A DNA stretch of 64,000 nt from Haliotis rufescens (GCF_023055435.1 NW_025964223.1:38440001-38504000), one strand, 5' to 3'. Positions 41,553 to 54,510 are shown, counted from the first letter of the stretch. Translations and numbers: made by a program. Notes: generated from the sequence alone by a model not told the origin.

Positions 41553-43611
41553 CTGGAGTTGTTCTCAGTGTACAGTTATATGGGCCTTCGCGTTCTCTCA
41601 GGGCGAATCTTGGATTTTCCGCGACCATATGTTCCTGGCACTCACAAGGGGCGCAACTGTGCACAGCGAATTGAGACGACTGGGCCAACAATGAAAGGAT
41701 TCAACAAGGATCGTTTTCAACACTACACACAGGAAGGATAATTCAGCAACGTGAGTATAACACTGCGCAGATAATGAAATAACAGCCGATTAACCATGTA
41801 GCTACCTTGACTTCACTTCCGACACCAGTATAAAATATGAATACAATTGCGTGTTTGGGGATTCGAACGCGCAACCAACATGGGGACACATATTAAAGGG
41901 CCGACATCCACACATATACAGTGATTTATATTTATCTCAACATTCTCAACCTGATAACCATATTACCAGACACAGGTTTCGGTTATCACCAATTAGACAT
42001 GACAAGCATTGCATAATGTTAAAGTGCAATAACATTGACAAACGGCAAACTAGTGCATCAGAATTGAATGGATAAGAATTACAATGACCATAGCAAGCAT
42101 GATGGCGCCTCAAATAACGCAGAAATCTTTCAGCAGCTGGTACCCCTGTGATAATGCCATTTTGCTGGGAAACACATTTAGACGGATTTTATTCTGACGT
42201 TATTGGATTTGTTATTAATGACAATAAATCCCAAACTACCACTCACTCCGTTTGTTAATTGCTCGGCGTGTCTCCGTCCCTTCATGACAAATATGTATAA
42301 TCTTTAGTATGTGTTATTGTAGTGCAGTTGATTTAAACATATTGAAATTTTGTCATTACGAATTTTTATTTTGTGTGAGGAAGAATTTAATTGATACCAT
42401 ATGTTCAATTTATGTATTCATAATAAACATATAAATATGTTGATTCAGTCGAACACTACAGTGCTTGTTGTTCTGAGTAACAAGGTAAGAACTGCTTCTG
42501 TTCTGATTTCTCTTGCATTGTTTGATGTAAGTGGCTGAGGTATGTCTTCATTGAAACAACAAATATTTTCTGACGATAAGGAACGTGGTTGGACATTTCT
42601 ATATAAGAAGCGACGTTCCGGTGTAGGTTGTAACACCGATATAGAGCAGGACATTTTACCCAATCCGCTGAAGAGACCTGGTAGGTTAGACTTGGCCTGC
42701 ACCGGATACACGTCAAACGTATGGTCTAAATAATTTGTTGTGGCCGATCTTGTGTTATTTATGGCAAACATCGTCTAGATCACCCAACTCAAAGTGTGAT
42801 ACTAGATACATGTCAATATAAAACATCATACTCGGTTATCTGCCGAAACGGATTCAATTGGGCGTGAGAGGCGAAATAGCGCTGACAATATGAATGGATC
42901 ACTGAAAATCAGTAGTGACACCAAGTGTTTACGAAAGGTAAGCCTACCTCCTGGCCTACTGGTAGCACCAGCCACTCACATAACTTGCATAATTTACTAT
43001 ACTCACCAGTCACACATCCACCCTAGGTTCATCTCCATCAAAGGGCCATGGCTAAAGGGTGATGAAAAACGAAGGACAGTACAACAGCAATCATTATCTC
43101 ATAGATGTGATATCAAAACTAGATCAGAAGGCATGCAATTTATCCATGCAGAAACTAGTGGTTGCATCAGCCTTGATGGGACAGAAGTCAGTGATGCATA
43201 CAGAAAAGATATCTCGCCCAAAACACCTGGCATAAACACGGCAAATGTATCTTTGCATTTTCATTGTTGTTGCATTTTTATTGCATTATGACATTATGTA
43301 AAATCACTTCCAACCATTCTCTTCATACAGTGAAACACCTCCAGGCCGGAAGTCTTCATATAATAAATGTTGCATTACTACTAACCAATAATTTGTAAAT
43401 CAGGAAATATATACATTGGGATTAACGGCTTCCACTGCACCTATACAGCAAATATAATTAAGACAGCTGACAGGAAAAGGGATAGAAATACAAGCAGAAA
43501 AAAGGTATTGAAATTATTATGGAAACCGTTTAAATAACTATCTTGAATCACTAGATCCACACCAGCTCGATATCAGCTCTTAAAATAGTCGCAAACTGGT
43601 GACCCTGTTTT

Positions 43612-43825
43612 ATTTGTTTGTTTCTTCACGCCTCACGCAATATTCCAGCTATGTGACGGCGATCTGTAAATAATCGAGTCTGGACCAGACAATCCATTGA
43701 TTGGCATTATGAGCATTGGGATACGATGCATGCATCAACCAAGTCAGCGAGCCTGACCTCCCGATCCCGTTAATCGCCTCTTACGACAACCTTAGTCGCC
43801 TTTTACGGCAAGGGTTACTGAAGAC
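43612..43825 (-). mobile_element. SINE family A
   Basis: Matches 13205 and 27330. Confidence 0.82.
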
Positions 43826-44223
43826 GTGTCCTGGCGACCCTGTAAGATATACCATCGATATAAGTCACATTATCTGTTGATTGATGTGAGTACGTTATTC
43901 TTATTGTCGCCCTATTTTCAATGAATTACGTTTTTACAAATATTTAAGTTTCGGTAGAAATCATTTTGAAACTAAAAAGGAAGGGAACAACGTTACACAA
44001 CAGGCTAGTTTAGAAACAACAGTAGGGGTGACTACCTGGCCTAAGGTCCTTAGGCATATATACAGCCAAGTGGACTGGACAGTATAGATATGCAAGGACA
44101 TTCCTTGGTCCTTGAAATATTGTCAACTTGTACAATGGATTGGAAGTCCGAATGGAAATACACCCTTCTATTCCCAGGGAATATCCTTGCATATCTAACA
44201 GGTCCACCTTAAAAATTGTCTAC

Positions 44224-44404
44224 CAGCAACCCAGCTTGTCATAAGAGGCGACTAAATGCATCGACCACATGGATGATAGCATGGCATTGTATCCCAATTG
44301 CGTGGACAGATGCTCATGATACCGATCACTGGATTACCTGGTCCAAACTCGATTATTCGCAGATCGCCGTCATATAACTGGAGTGCTGTCATATTGCTGA
44401 GTGC
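44224..44404 (+). mobile_element. SINE family A, degenerate
   Basis: cttgtcataagaggcgacta...ctggattacctggtcca...atattgctgagtgc. Confidence 0.72.
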
Positions 44405-44441
44405 AAATGATATATTGTCAATATGTTTGCACAGTACCAAG

Positions 44442-45609
44442 ATGGAATTGAAGACGCAGTGTATCTGTCTCCAGATCGTGTTTTTGCTGATATCCCGTGA
44501 GTATGATAACAATTTGTTGTAATTTCGGTGAAAAGGCCAAGAAGACCACTGTGTTTGTGGTATTTGTTTCAGCTGGTATTATGACAACTGCTGACAGATC
44601 ATAATACCGATAATCGTATCGACATTTACAGTGGCTGCAATAGTTCTACATGAGCCAATACTTCTAATTAATTGCCGTCATCAATTGTTCATGAACAATT
44701 ATATTTTCAGTCACCCCTGGGTATGCCACAGTCTTCTATCACTACACGGACGAAGCTGGCGCGGACGCTATAGAAAAGAGTGGCTACATACGACAGAGCA
44801 CAAATCCGAGATACGCTCATTTTGGAAAAGGTATGTATAATGCAAATCATATTACAAACGCGAGGTTCAGGATTACATGCATATTTATAGGGACACGCAT
44901 GTACCTGTGTGTGTGTGTGTGTGTGTGTGTGATTCCACACTAATGCCGCTTTTATAGTGCCAGCCCACTGAGATACCATACCGTAGTTCAACATGGATAC
45001 CCCACTCAGACACAGTATACTGAACAGTCCTTGTTTTACCCCCTTATCGACGAGCGCAAGAACAAGTATAATCTTTTAACGTCTTTTGTACTATATCATT
45101 GGTAAACGTTACCTTTATGTCAAAATGATAAACATTTAAATATCCTGTCAAGGAAAGAGGGGGTATCAGATGGGCCCTTTTCCAACGGGGTCTGCATGCT
45201 ATCAGAAATTTCAAAATGTTAAAAATAAACGTTATTTTGTATGAAAGCTGTGAACGAGTATTAGACTTTCATCATAACAACACTTCATATTTTGGCTTTA
45301 ATGACGTACACAATTTTTGGATCAAGGAAGCGTCACCGAGAACTGTTTGTATCAGCGCCTTACTGACAATCTCTAATGATTTCAGGAGTGTATGGCACTG
45401 GAATGGGTCCTGCCTCGGGCAAGGCGGCAATTGCTAAAAACAACTACCAAGGCGGATGGGAGGCTAACTTGAGAAGAGGGCGAGTAGATTATGCATTCAG
45501 GTTCGACTTGCCCAGTTATAAAGTGAATCGGGTATCAAAGGATCGTGACATTCTCCTGTACAAAGGTGATCTCATTCTCAAGGACAACCCCTATAAAGTG
45601 TACGCGTGA
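44442..45609 (+). CDS. Tox-ART-HYD1-like ADP-ribosyltransferase, copy 2 (132 aa, predicted signal peptide); join(44442..44496,44711..44830,45386..45609)
   Basis: Spliced protein MELKTQCICLQIVFLLISLTPGYATVFYHYTDEAGADAIEKSGYIRQSTNPRYAHFGKG|VYGTGMGPASGKAAIAKNNYQGGWEANLRRGRVDYAFRFDLPSYKVNRVSKDRDILLYKGDLILKDNPYKVYA; donors gtgagt (44497) and gtatgt (44831), acceptors ttttcag and atttcag, all phase 1; second intron at the same Gly codon as in copies 1 and 3; aataaa at ~45757. Confidence 0.82.
44906..45090 (-). mobile_element. SINE family C fragment inside an ART copy 2 intron
   Basis: Matches 2482-2690. Confidence 0.65.
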
Positions 45610-46939
45610 AATTCACAGTGTCGTTGATATCCTTCGTGGCAACAGAGCGTTCTTTGATAATCGCATTTCCCATTGCTCTTGGATTGTCACCAAAATCATG
45701 GTAATTTTGAACAAGAAGAAACGTTAAGTACAATATAATGTCAAACACATTAACTGAATAAAAAATGAATATCGATATTGTTAAATAAATAGTCAACACT
45801 TATTAACACTTGTTGTTTGTACTTTGGTCTTCTACCACAGATAACGAAAAGTGTATTTTGTATTTGTGGAAAAAATAGTTTCAGGGAAAGGTTGACAAAT
45901 ATGTACGTTTCAGAAACACAATCTGCGTTCAACACATTTCAATTAACAGATATTATGACATCGTTTTAGGGAAATATTGCCAGTATATCTTTAGGCATGA
46001 TAAATATTTTAGAAGATTGACAAGATGATTCTTCAGCACCAATGACCAATGATACACTTGCGAGGTTGTAGTAGTATGTTGTAGTATTCAAGTAAGGATA
46101 GATGTAGGTGAAGCTGAATTACCAACAGCACAGCAAGTTCCTATTAGTAAATAGACAATGAGAAAAGGAACCAATTTCATATGCAGTGTTCAAGTAATTC
46201 TGATTAAAATTAAGAATTCAATTTCAAGAATTAATTTTTGTAAATAGTTAAATAAGGGCATTTAGCCCGTAGATGTTCACAATACAGTTTGTTTGTCAAA
46301 CCTTTTGGGCTTTTCACACAAACTTACGAGCTTCAGATGACCAGAAACTGTATATATGTATTCCTTTATTATTAATGTTTATAGATTTTACTTGTGAATT
46401 ATCAGGACTATGGTGCGTTTGACATTGTTCGGACTTACACTAATCCAAGCTAAATCCCGGGCGGAACTACTTTAAATACAAATATAAAAAATAACTCTTT
46501 TCCCCCTCAAGAGATGTATTCATGGCGCAGTGGAGAAAATGTTTCAGTTCAATGTTCAGAGAAGTTTTACCAAGATGGCTTGTGTGAGACTTAGGAGTGA
46601 ATGAGTGTGTGAACGTGAACAGCCTAACAGTTATTCAATCCTAGGCGTTCCATCTTCACGGAGAAGAACGGCCTAACGTAATGGAGGTTCTATTGACGCT
46701 TACACCTTGGTGAATCCCAACCACACGACTAATGTAACCATAAAGCATTAATTATAATTTGGGAGAATCTGAGATTCATCCCAATTCTGTGAGCAAATCG
46801 AAGTATTTCACAAAATCATTTGATACCAACTGGGATCACAACTTTAAATTCATTATGGGTGCTGTCGATATTTTGCCCAACATTGGACCGATAGAGATAG
46901 GCACCTGTTGAATGTCTTGCAGAGAGGGTTAAATCTGTG

Positions 46940-47790
46940 TATGATGTTATCATTGGTATTATGCACAAACTGAAAATGTGGAAACATAATTCGAATGAAC
47001 CCATTCTGCCCCATACAGCTGTTAACCAAATTTTGGCTGCCCAAAGTAAAAAGCTTCCAGGTGTTCCCACTGACAGTGCCTCACCATATCATAAACATTA
47101 CATGTTAGCATCACTACATTAATTGTTTGATCAAGAACTTGGTATAAATGACAGATGAAATAATGCCACATAAAAGCCCAGTTTGTTAACTGAGGAAACA
47201 ATCTGCCACATCAAAACATATGTACTATAAGCCTTTGGCTTGACACTAAAACCCGAAGACGTGTCAATTCCTCTTTTGTACTGGATTTCAAAGCTCCGAA
47301 AATATCCATACACAGAGACAAATATTGCTGGGTCTAGCAAATGTCTCAAAGATTACCATAATCATTGGTACGACCAGGGAAGGCCTTTCTTCTGTTCACA
47401 GAAAGTATTTTTGACAAGTGGAAGTAGTATGTGTAGATTCTCAAAATCTCAAAGGATTTGCTTGATTTGCTTGATGTCTCAATAAAGACACAAGTTCAAT
47501 TATGTCAAAACATTTGATTTTCACTTTGTACTCCACTGTTCCAAACGACAAACCAAAGGAAAACCTTTATTCTGTAATCCTTGGGCCATTTTCAATAAAC
47601 GTTGCGGTGTCTCTATTTTCCGGATAATTTGTCAAATATGAAATCAAGTGTCTGAAGTTACCGAGAAATAAATACGTGAGATGCTGGACTTCCTCCTAGG
47701 TGCAATCTATGTGACATTTGGGACTAGAACATTTCAACAAGAGGTAGGTGTACCCATGGGTACCTATTGTGCTCCACTACGAGCTGATTT
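46940..47790 (+). mobile_element. Decayed Penelope-like retroelement RT fragment
   Basis: VPTDSAS (cf. VPADKA), IPLLYWISKLRKYPY...IAGSSKC, TFDF..LYSTVP, EMLDFLLGAIYVTFG..TFQQEVGVPMGTYCAPL; many stops and frameshifts. Confidence 0.8.
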
Positions 47791-48429
47791 GGTTGGGTTT
47801 TATATGCTATAAGCATTATCCCGCGATATGCCAAGGAGAGGCACGGGCCACCGAGCCGTGGATGCCCGTGCCTATAATAAAAACAGAAGATGAGATTGGG
47901 TTAAATGGCCGAGGGTGTGCAGGTACTAGTGGGCTACTTAGCTGCTAATTGTGTATACCAAAATGCTACCGTTGCCATGGCCACGCGCGTGGCCAACGGC
48001 GATTGCAGCTAGCGCTGCTGGCCTGAGACTGCTTCCGCTGTCCGGCCCCCACGGTAGCATATTTAACCGCTACCATTGCTTGGAAACTCCCACGCTGCCA
48101 AAAGCAGCTCCACGCTGCTGGCCTAAGTCAGACTACCGCTGCCCGGCCCCAGGTAGCCGGCCAAAGCAGATCCCACTGCCCGGCCCCATTAGCAAAACCA
48201 TTGTGCGGCTCCCGCGCCGCGGACCCAACTGTCAGCTACCGCTTGACAAGACGACTTCCGCCGCCGGGCCCATATACGTGGCAATTGTTTGCCCCAACGT
48301 ATGTTATTTTACGATTCCCCGGCTGAAAAGTCGGGAAAGACAAGGTTCCCACTGAGAAGCAGGTAACCCCGAAAAGGTTCCCGCTGAAAAGCAGGTAGCC
48401 TTAAGCACGAGTATTATTTTGGAAGCAAG

Positions 48430-48873
48430 TTAATTTGTTACTAGCAGTGTAGCCCACAAGAACCCCGCCACAAAGCACCAGAGTGCTACCCCACACCCAC
48501 GGCCACGCGATACGCGGAGATAGCATTGTTGCCCGGCTTGCCTATGTACTGAAAGGAAACACAAACCTGTGGAGATAACAAGCGCCCGGGCTTGCAATAA
48601 ATTGTCCGTAAACACACACAGTCCTTTGTTACTGAGGTGGACGCCCTCCCAGGCGTTCCATGTCTTGTCTGATGCCAGGATCTGGGGATGTGGCACCATT
48701 GTACCGCCGAGCTCTTTGACTCGGTTGGCCAGTCGACGGTTGATATTCTTCCGCATCCCCTCGATCTTTAGTGGGTCCCTGGCATCGTGCCAGTAGCGCC
48801 TGTGCAGCATTGAGGATACGATGATCTTGGTGTCAGGAAGCTGGGGTTGTATCCGAAGGATTGATGCCACCAT
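48430..48873 (-). pseudogene. SGNH/GDSL hydrolase C-terminal half carried by the retrotransposon
   Basis: LPDTKIIVSSMLHRRYW...RKNINRR...EGVHLSNKG (block V, cf. DGVHL); the N-terminal GDS block is absent. Confidence 0.72.
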
Positions 48874-48874
48874 G

Positions 48875-50188
48875 TCAAGGTAGCGTCAAGTCCCGTGTAG
48901 TTCCATCCGTCACCCACTGGGGTGGCCATGCGCCGTTAAACCATTTGCCCTGCATGTAGGCCCCAAAGCCGGCGCCACCCGCTGCGTCTGAAAACAGCTG
49001 GAGGAAATCGCTGTCCACCCATAGTTGGTCCTGAAACACTGAAATGCCTTTATAACTCGTAAGAAATGTTAACCACATTTTAGGTCTTCCTTGACCCAGC
49101 TGGTAATCCTAATGTGGTGAAATGGTTGCTTACCTTTGCTAAGCAGATCGGTTAGCCTGCGGCTGAATGCCCTTGCCATTGGTATAGCCCTGCACATAAA
49201 GTTAAGCTTGCCTATGAGGGACTGAAGGGCCCTTTTTTGTGACCTTGATGTTACCTGTTGACAGGATGTCTTGGATTTCCCTTGTTGCCTCCTTGATCTT
49301 GGACTCTGGGATTCTGATCTGCATTGCAATGGTGTCGATTTCCAGCCCTAGGAATGTCAGTTTGGTTGTGGGGCCCACCGTCTTGTCGTGCGCAGTAGGA
49401 ACCCCAAGCTGTTCTAGTGTATTCACGCATCCGTTGAGGTTGTCTGAGCAGTGGCTGGTGCCTGCTGTGCCCCCCGTTAGGAAGTCATCCAGGTAATGCA
49501 TGATCTGACACGTTGGAAGATGCGATTGCATGCACCATTTCAAGAAGGTACTAAACGTTTCAAATATGGCGCAAGATATGGAGCAGCCAAATGGTAGGCA
49601 TTTATCGAAATAGAACTCACCTTCGAATCTGATGCCTAGCAGCTCGAAATCGGATGGGTGGACTGGTATAATTCTAAAGGCCGACTGAATGTCGAATTTT
49701 GCTAGTAGTGCTCCCTTTCCCAGTTGTTGAACCATATGGGTAGCTTCATCAAATCTGGCGTACACAACGGAGCAGGCCTCTGTGTCTATGAAGTTATTTA
49801 TAGATTTACCCCTGGGATAGGATAGATGGTGAATTAGACGGAATTCCTCCGCATGCTTACCCAGGTGCTGACCATATCCTGGCTGCTTCTTGGGCACCAG
49901 GCCTATTGGGGATACTTGGAGGTTGTCTAGGGGGGTGTCCTTGAAGGGGCCCGCCATCCTGCCAAGGTCGACTTCCTTTTGTAGTTTTTGTTTCACGTAG
50001 CCTGCCGTGTCTTGGTGCGTGGCTGAACGCAAGTTTCGTGCCAGGCGACCCGTGCGGCTTCCCTGGAACTCGAGCTTAAAGCCAGAGCTAAAACCTACCC
50101 ATAAATAATTTGCATCTCTGTAATTGACCCTAGCATATTGGCGTAACCAGGGTGCCATTTCATTGAGATCCACGGGGGAAGGGGCCAT
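48875..50188 (-). pseudogene. Ngaro/DIRS RT-RNase H ORF, frameshifted and truncated
   Basis: SPIGLVPKK, FRLIHHLSYP, KFDIQSAFR, LPFGCSIS, YLDDF, LTFLGLEID, LQSLIGKLNF; frameshifts near 49230 and 49075. Confidence 0.9.
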
Positions 50189-50509
50189 TGAATTTACCTG
50201 CCTTGACGGCTGGTTTTCTGTTAGGCAAAAGGCTGATTGGGCTTGTATGGGGTCGGTTGGACCCCATTCCCTCGAAAGCAGGTCCTAGAGCTATGGGAAT
50301 GTTTGCCACACTTACCGCATTTGTGAGTGTACTTACAGTTGACCCTGCTACAGCCAAATTTATTGAAATCCCAGCATACCTGACTGGCGATGTACGTGAG
50401 ATGCTGGACTTCCTCCTAGGTGCAATCTATGTGACATTTGGGACTAGAACATTTCAACAAGAGGTAGGTGTACCCATGGGTACCTATTGTGCTCCACTAC
50501 ATGCTGATT

Positions 50510-50652
50510 TGGTTGGGTTTTTTATGCTATAAGCAATATTCCAGCAATGTCAACACCAGAAATGGGCTTCACACACTGTTCCCGTATGGGCAATCGAATC
50601 CAAGTCTTCGGCGTGACAAGCGAACGTTTTAACCATAGATAATCACCGCCCC
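50510..50652 (-). mobile_element. SINE family B
   Basis: gcaatattccagcaat...caccagaaatgggcttcacaca...gtcttcggcgtgacaagcgaacg. Confidence 0.75.
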
Positions 50653-51227
50653 AAAAATGTATATAAAAACCAAACAATATTACAATGTCATACACACCGA
50701 GTTGCGGTTTGAGTCAATAACTCAATAAGGGTTGTTGTAAATGATCCAACACCAAACTCTCACTCCGTTTGTTAACTGCAAGATGCGCCCCACGCTGTTG
50801 ATGATAATCTATAGTATGAGATGTTGTTGTAAAGTAAATTTATATTTTTTACTAAAATTGCCAACTTGAATGTTGATTGTTTGATATGAATAATTTTAAT
50901 GGATACCAAATGTTCTATTTATGTAAGTGTCTAAGGGCGTACGTTTCGGCCCTCGGATGGTAGCTCAGGGCGATGACTGAAGACAAAACTCAGGGGTGAA
51001 GTTTAAGACGACAGCAGACATGTTTATTGTTGATGGGTTGGTATAAATCGATAGGGTACAGGTTGATAATAATGTAACGCACATCGGGACCGAGTGGTCA
51101 ATGTTCCCGGTGCGGGGACCCGCTTCTGTGTATTCTCTGGCATTAATAGACATTAATAGATAGCGCTACGGATTAAACGTCCCGCCTGGAGGTGCATTAA
51201 AGGTCCTGCTTATAATTGGAGGAGATA

Positions 51228-51600
51228 CGCCGAGTGTTTGCTAAGTTAAACTCACACCTTCACCAAATTTCAAAACACCAAACCGGTAAATGCCTCCACT
51301 GCAACTTAAAAGAAACGCCTGAACACGTAATGCTATATTGCACACATTACCAGCAACACAGAAACAACACCCCAATCCACACAAAATTGCAACAATCAAA
51401 GCACTAGGCATATATCTAATCAAAACAGGCCTACTTGGCCACATTTTAAAAAAAGTACAGCAAACAAACTGCCAATAAACCCTAAAATTCTAAACCTATA
51501 AAAACACACAAACTGCACCTAAGCCCCCCCCCAAATTAAGTAAGCAACCGTAAAAGCCCCACCTAGGTTGCCTCGCCTTTTCGGACATACCTTTTTCCAC
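51228..51600 (+). mobile_element. LINE (I/Nimb-like) ORF2 C-terminal CCHC knuckle and 3' end
   Basis: LNSHLHQISKHQTGKCLHCNLKETPEHVMLYCTHYQQHR; the 3' motif ccaaattaagtaagca....taaaagcccc also occurs at ~40270. Confidence 0.65.
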
Positions 51601-52717
51601 CAAACACTAAATGGCCTTGCGGGCCCGTGCGCGAAATAAGCATATGTCGGAAAGCGCACGTTAAATTCCCAATTCAAGTAAGTAAGATTGTCTGCTGTAT
51701 ACAATGGGAATAGAATTTCGGTGCATTTTAGAAACATATTGAAACAATTAGGTATTTTGGATAAATTAAGAAAAAGTATTGAAATGGTTTGCACTATAAC
51801 AATACCCCTGAACGTCATGGAGATTTTGTCCTCAAGGGCGTTTTAAAAATAGTGACAATATTTAGTACAAGTATACAGTAAAATGCATGTGACATCAACA
51901 GGTTGACAAGTAGTTGTTCCAAGCACTGGTCGTGACTCAGATGAATAAAATGACATTAGATAAGATATACATGCTTGTACAAGTAAACAAGTGAATAACA
52001 GCATTGTCAATATCCGTGAAACAACTATTCATGACATCAACAAGTTGAGGAGGTTACGGCTCGTACACACAAAATACAGGTGAGCGGAGATTCCGGCTCA
52101 TACACAAAGAACACTGGAAGAGTTTCCACCGAGCGGCACATCCTGTCTGCGGTCGCCCTTGCAGTCGAAATACAAGACTGCTGGTTGCATTTAGTATCAC
52201 AGGTATCACGTTGAAACAGACAATAAACATAAGATACACTGAAGACGTAGAAACAAAAACATAATGTGCGTAAAGCATTGTCGTTTGCATATGAAAGTAA
52301 TATTTTCATGATAACAGTAAGAGTCCAGACTCGGCAAGGCTAGCAGGTGTGAGGTGTGACCTGCGCTAAAAAGTAGAATGTGCATGCAAAACCTAACCAA
52401 CTTCTTAAGTCTAAACTGGAATGTAATGATATTTGAACGAATCATATTTTTTTGTGCCCGAGACCATTAAAGGTTTGATCGCACGAATGTACATCAATTT
52501 CGCTGCTATCATTATGAAGCACAAAATCACGCTGACAAAACAAAGAGTTAGGATACAGCCCGTATACACAGCCTCCACTTAATAAGCTTGATAATCAAGG
52601 AGGATCCCTAACTTATTATACTTCTACAATCGCTGCTACTACATGGAACCATTTTATCTGTTTTCATAATGGGTACAAATAATTTCAGTGCTTACATACT
52701 AAAAAAGGAATAAATGA

Positions 52718-53512
52718 CGGGAGCTCGGTAATGGTTTGGGCGTGTACCTCTCATGATTGCAGGTTGGATTTGGTCACCATCAGGGGCAACTGAACAGGGG
52801 CTCAGTACATCCGGGACGTTTTGAGGCAAGTCGTTGTTACTCATTTTGACAAACACCATCTTGCTACTCGACCTCAGTACATGGATGACAATGCCAGGCC
52901 TCATCGTTTGCATACAGTCGTGGATTACATGAGGGCAAATGCAATAACGACTCTACCCTCGCCAGCAATGAGCCCAGATTTGAACCCCCTTGAACATGTT
53001 TGGGATATTCTGGGGCGGCGCATACAGGCACGAGATCCTCCTGTACAAGATTTACGCCAATTGGAAGCAGCATTGCATCAGGAGTGGTTGTTGTTGACCC
53101 ATCAACAGATCCAAGTCTGACTGGAGGCATGAGACGTAGGGTGGAATGCGTCATCCGGGCACGTGGCAGTTACACCCGCTACTGATCTGTTTCACGTGTC
53201 ATGTCAAGTAGAGACTTGAAGGAACATTTTCACATGAAACATCAAATGTAACTCGTTTACTTAATCCTGTAGCTCCATACTTTTTTTAGGTATTGGCTAA
53301 AGTCAAAAACAGTACTTGTGTTACAATGATGTTTTTGTCAGTAAATTTCAATCACAACTTACCAATATCTTCTTTATTTGATGTCAAATGTATGTTCTAT
53401 CCGATGACATTGGTATGGCCCAGCTCCTGTGATCAGTTATCCCATGCCATGATTTTTGCCATTTGTCATGGTTCAGAAATAGGGGTGTGCTTAACTTTTT
53501 TCTTTGTGTATG
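52718..53512 (+). mobile_element. Second Tc1-family element, 3' half only
   Basis: SVMVW, MDDNARPHR, SPDLNPLEHVWDILGRR, GGMRRRVECVIRARGSYTRY (ends 53185); probable right TIR ...gtgcttaacttttttctttgtgta. Confidence 0.88.
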
Positions 53513-54339
53513 TATTGTCACACACAAATATCGGCAGGCACATGCTGAAGAGTCTTGAGTGTTGTAGCATGGTTGGAAGTTGATGTACTCGCATGATTAC
53601 ATGAATATTGTCTGGATGTTATTGTCAATAATTATCACGATTGCTGGTTCAGGCTGCTGACATTCAGGTAGGCTGGGCTGTCTGCCTGTCGTCTGTCAAG
53701 ATGGCGTCTACGCTGCTTTTTTCACCCATCACCTCTGAACTACCATTTGCTTTGCTGCGGTAGGTTGGTAGGGGGGTCGTGCATGAGTCACAGCAAACTC
53801 ACACTACCCGGATTCTCCACCATTTATAATAAACCTTATGACCTGTATAATACCTTTAAGGTTTACGTTTGGTCTAGGCTGATTATAATACCTAGAATTT
53901 GATGTCGGGGAATTAGCTTGGAACCGCACACCTTACGACAACAAAGAGAAGCATCTATTAGTGGCATGTCTTTATTCGGTATATCTCATCAGTGAGGTAC
54001 CCTGAATAAAGACTGTTAATTATACCACAGATGCTCTTAGGTCATGGTCGCATGTTCAATTATCACTAACTTAAACAATACCTACACAATGTTGCTAATC
54101 TAATGTGCTGACTGTCTGAATTTAGAGGTTACCTCAAAGTTTTGAAGGACATGGGTTTGCAGAAATGACTAAAATGACATAAGTTTTCTCGGAGAGAATG
54201 TTATCACAAAATAATGTTTACTTCTCTCGCCGGACATGTAGTCTTAACGATTAGCATATAACCCTTATACACTTAATCTTGGGAATGAAGGCAGGCGTAT
54301 ATCAACATTGACTGATAATAGACTTCGGATGGAACATGC

Positions 54340-54510
54340 ATGTAGCAAAGCAACAGAGTGGAAACGAACAGTGAAGAAGATGATCGCAGAGCACCAGACA
54401 TCATCCTGGACCCATCGTCTGAAGACAGACCTGGATCTATGTCACTTCGACGAGATCCAACTCAGCACCCAACCACACATGGCATGGTCAGTAGCTGTAA
54501 CTTTCCTATG
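54340..54510 (+). mobile_element. Short non-LTR retrotransposon ORF2 C-terminal remnant
   Basis: KATEWKRTVKKMI..HQ..SW..RL..D.D...F..IQ...QPH..W resembles invertebrate LINE tails; by resemblance only. Confidence 0.4.

Larger units (their letters stand above)
47816..50392 (-). mobile_element. 5'-truncated, internally deleted tyrosine-recombinase retrotransposon (DIRS order, Ngaro-like)
   Basis: gag zinc fingers CWDFNKFGCSRVNCKYTHKCGKCGKHSHSSRTC (~50280-50380); RT; RNase H start LFSDAAGGAGFGAYMQGKWF; SGNH C-terminal half; GC-rich 3' region. Confidence 0.9.

Noticed and set aside
42445-43291. ORFs next to the ART genes as candidate immunity/antitoxin partners
   Set aside because: No recognisable domain and no counterpart beside the other ART copies
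44573-44575. Possible 3-nt micro-exon (tttgtttcag|CTG|gtatta) in ART copy 2 intron 1
   Set aside because: Weak donor and not needed for the frame; cannot be supported without reads
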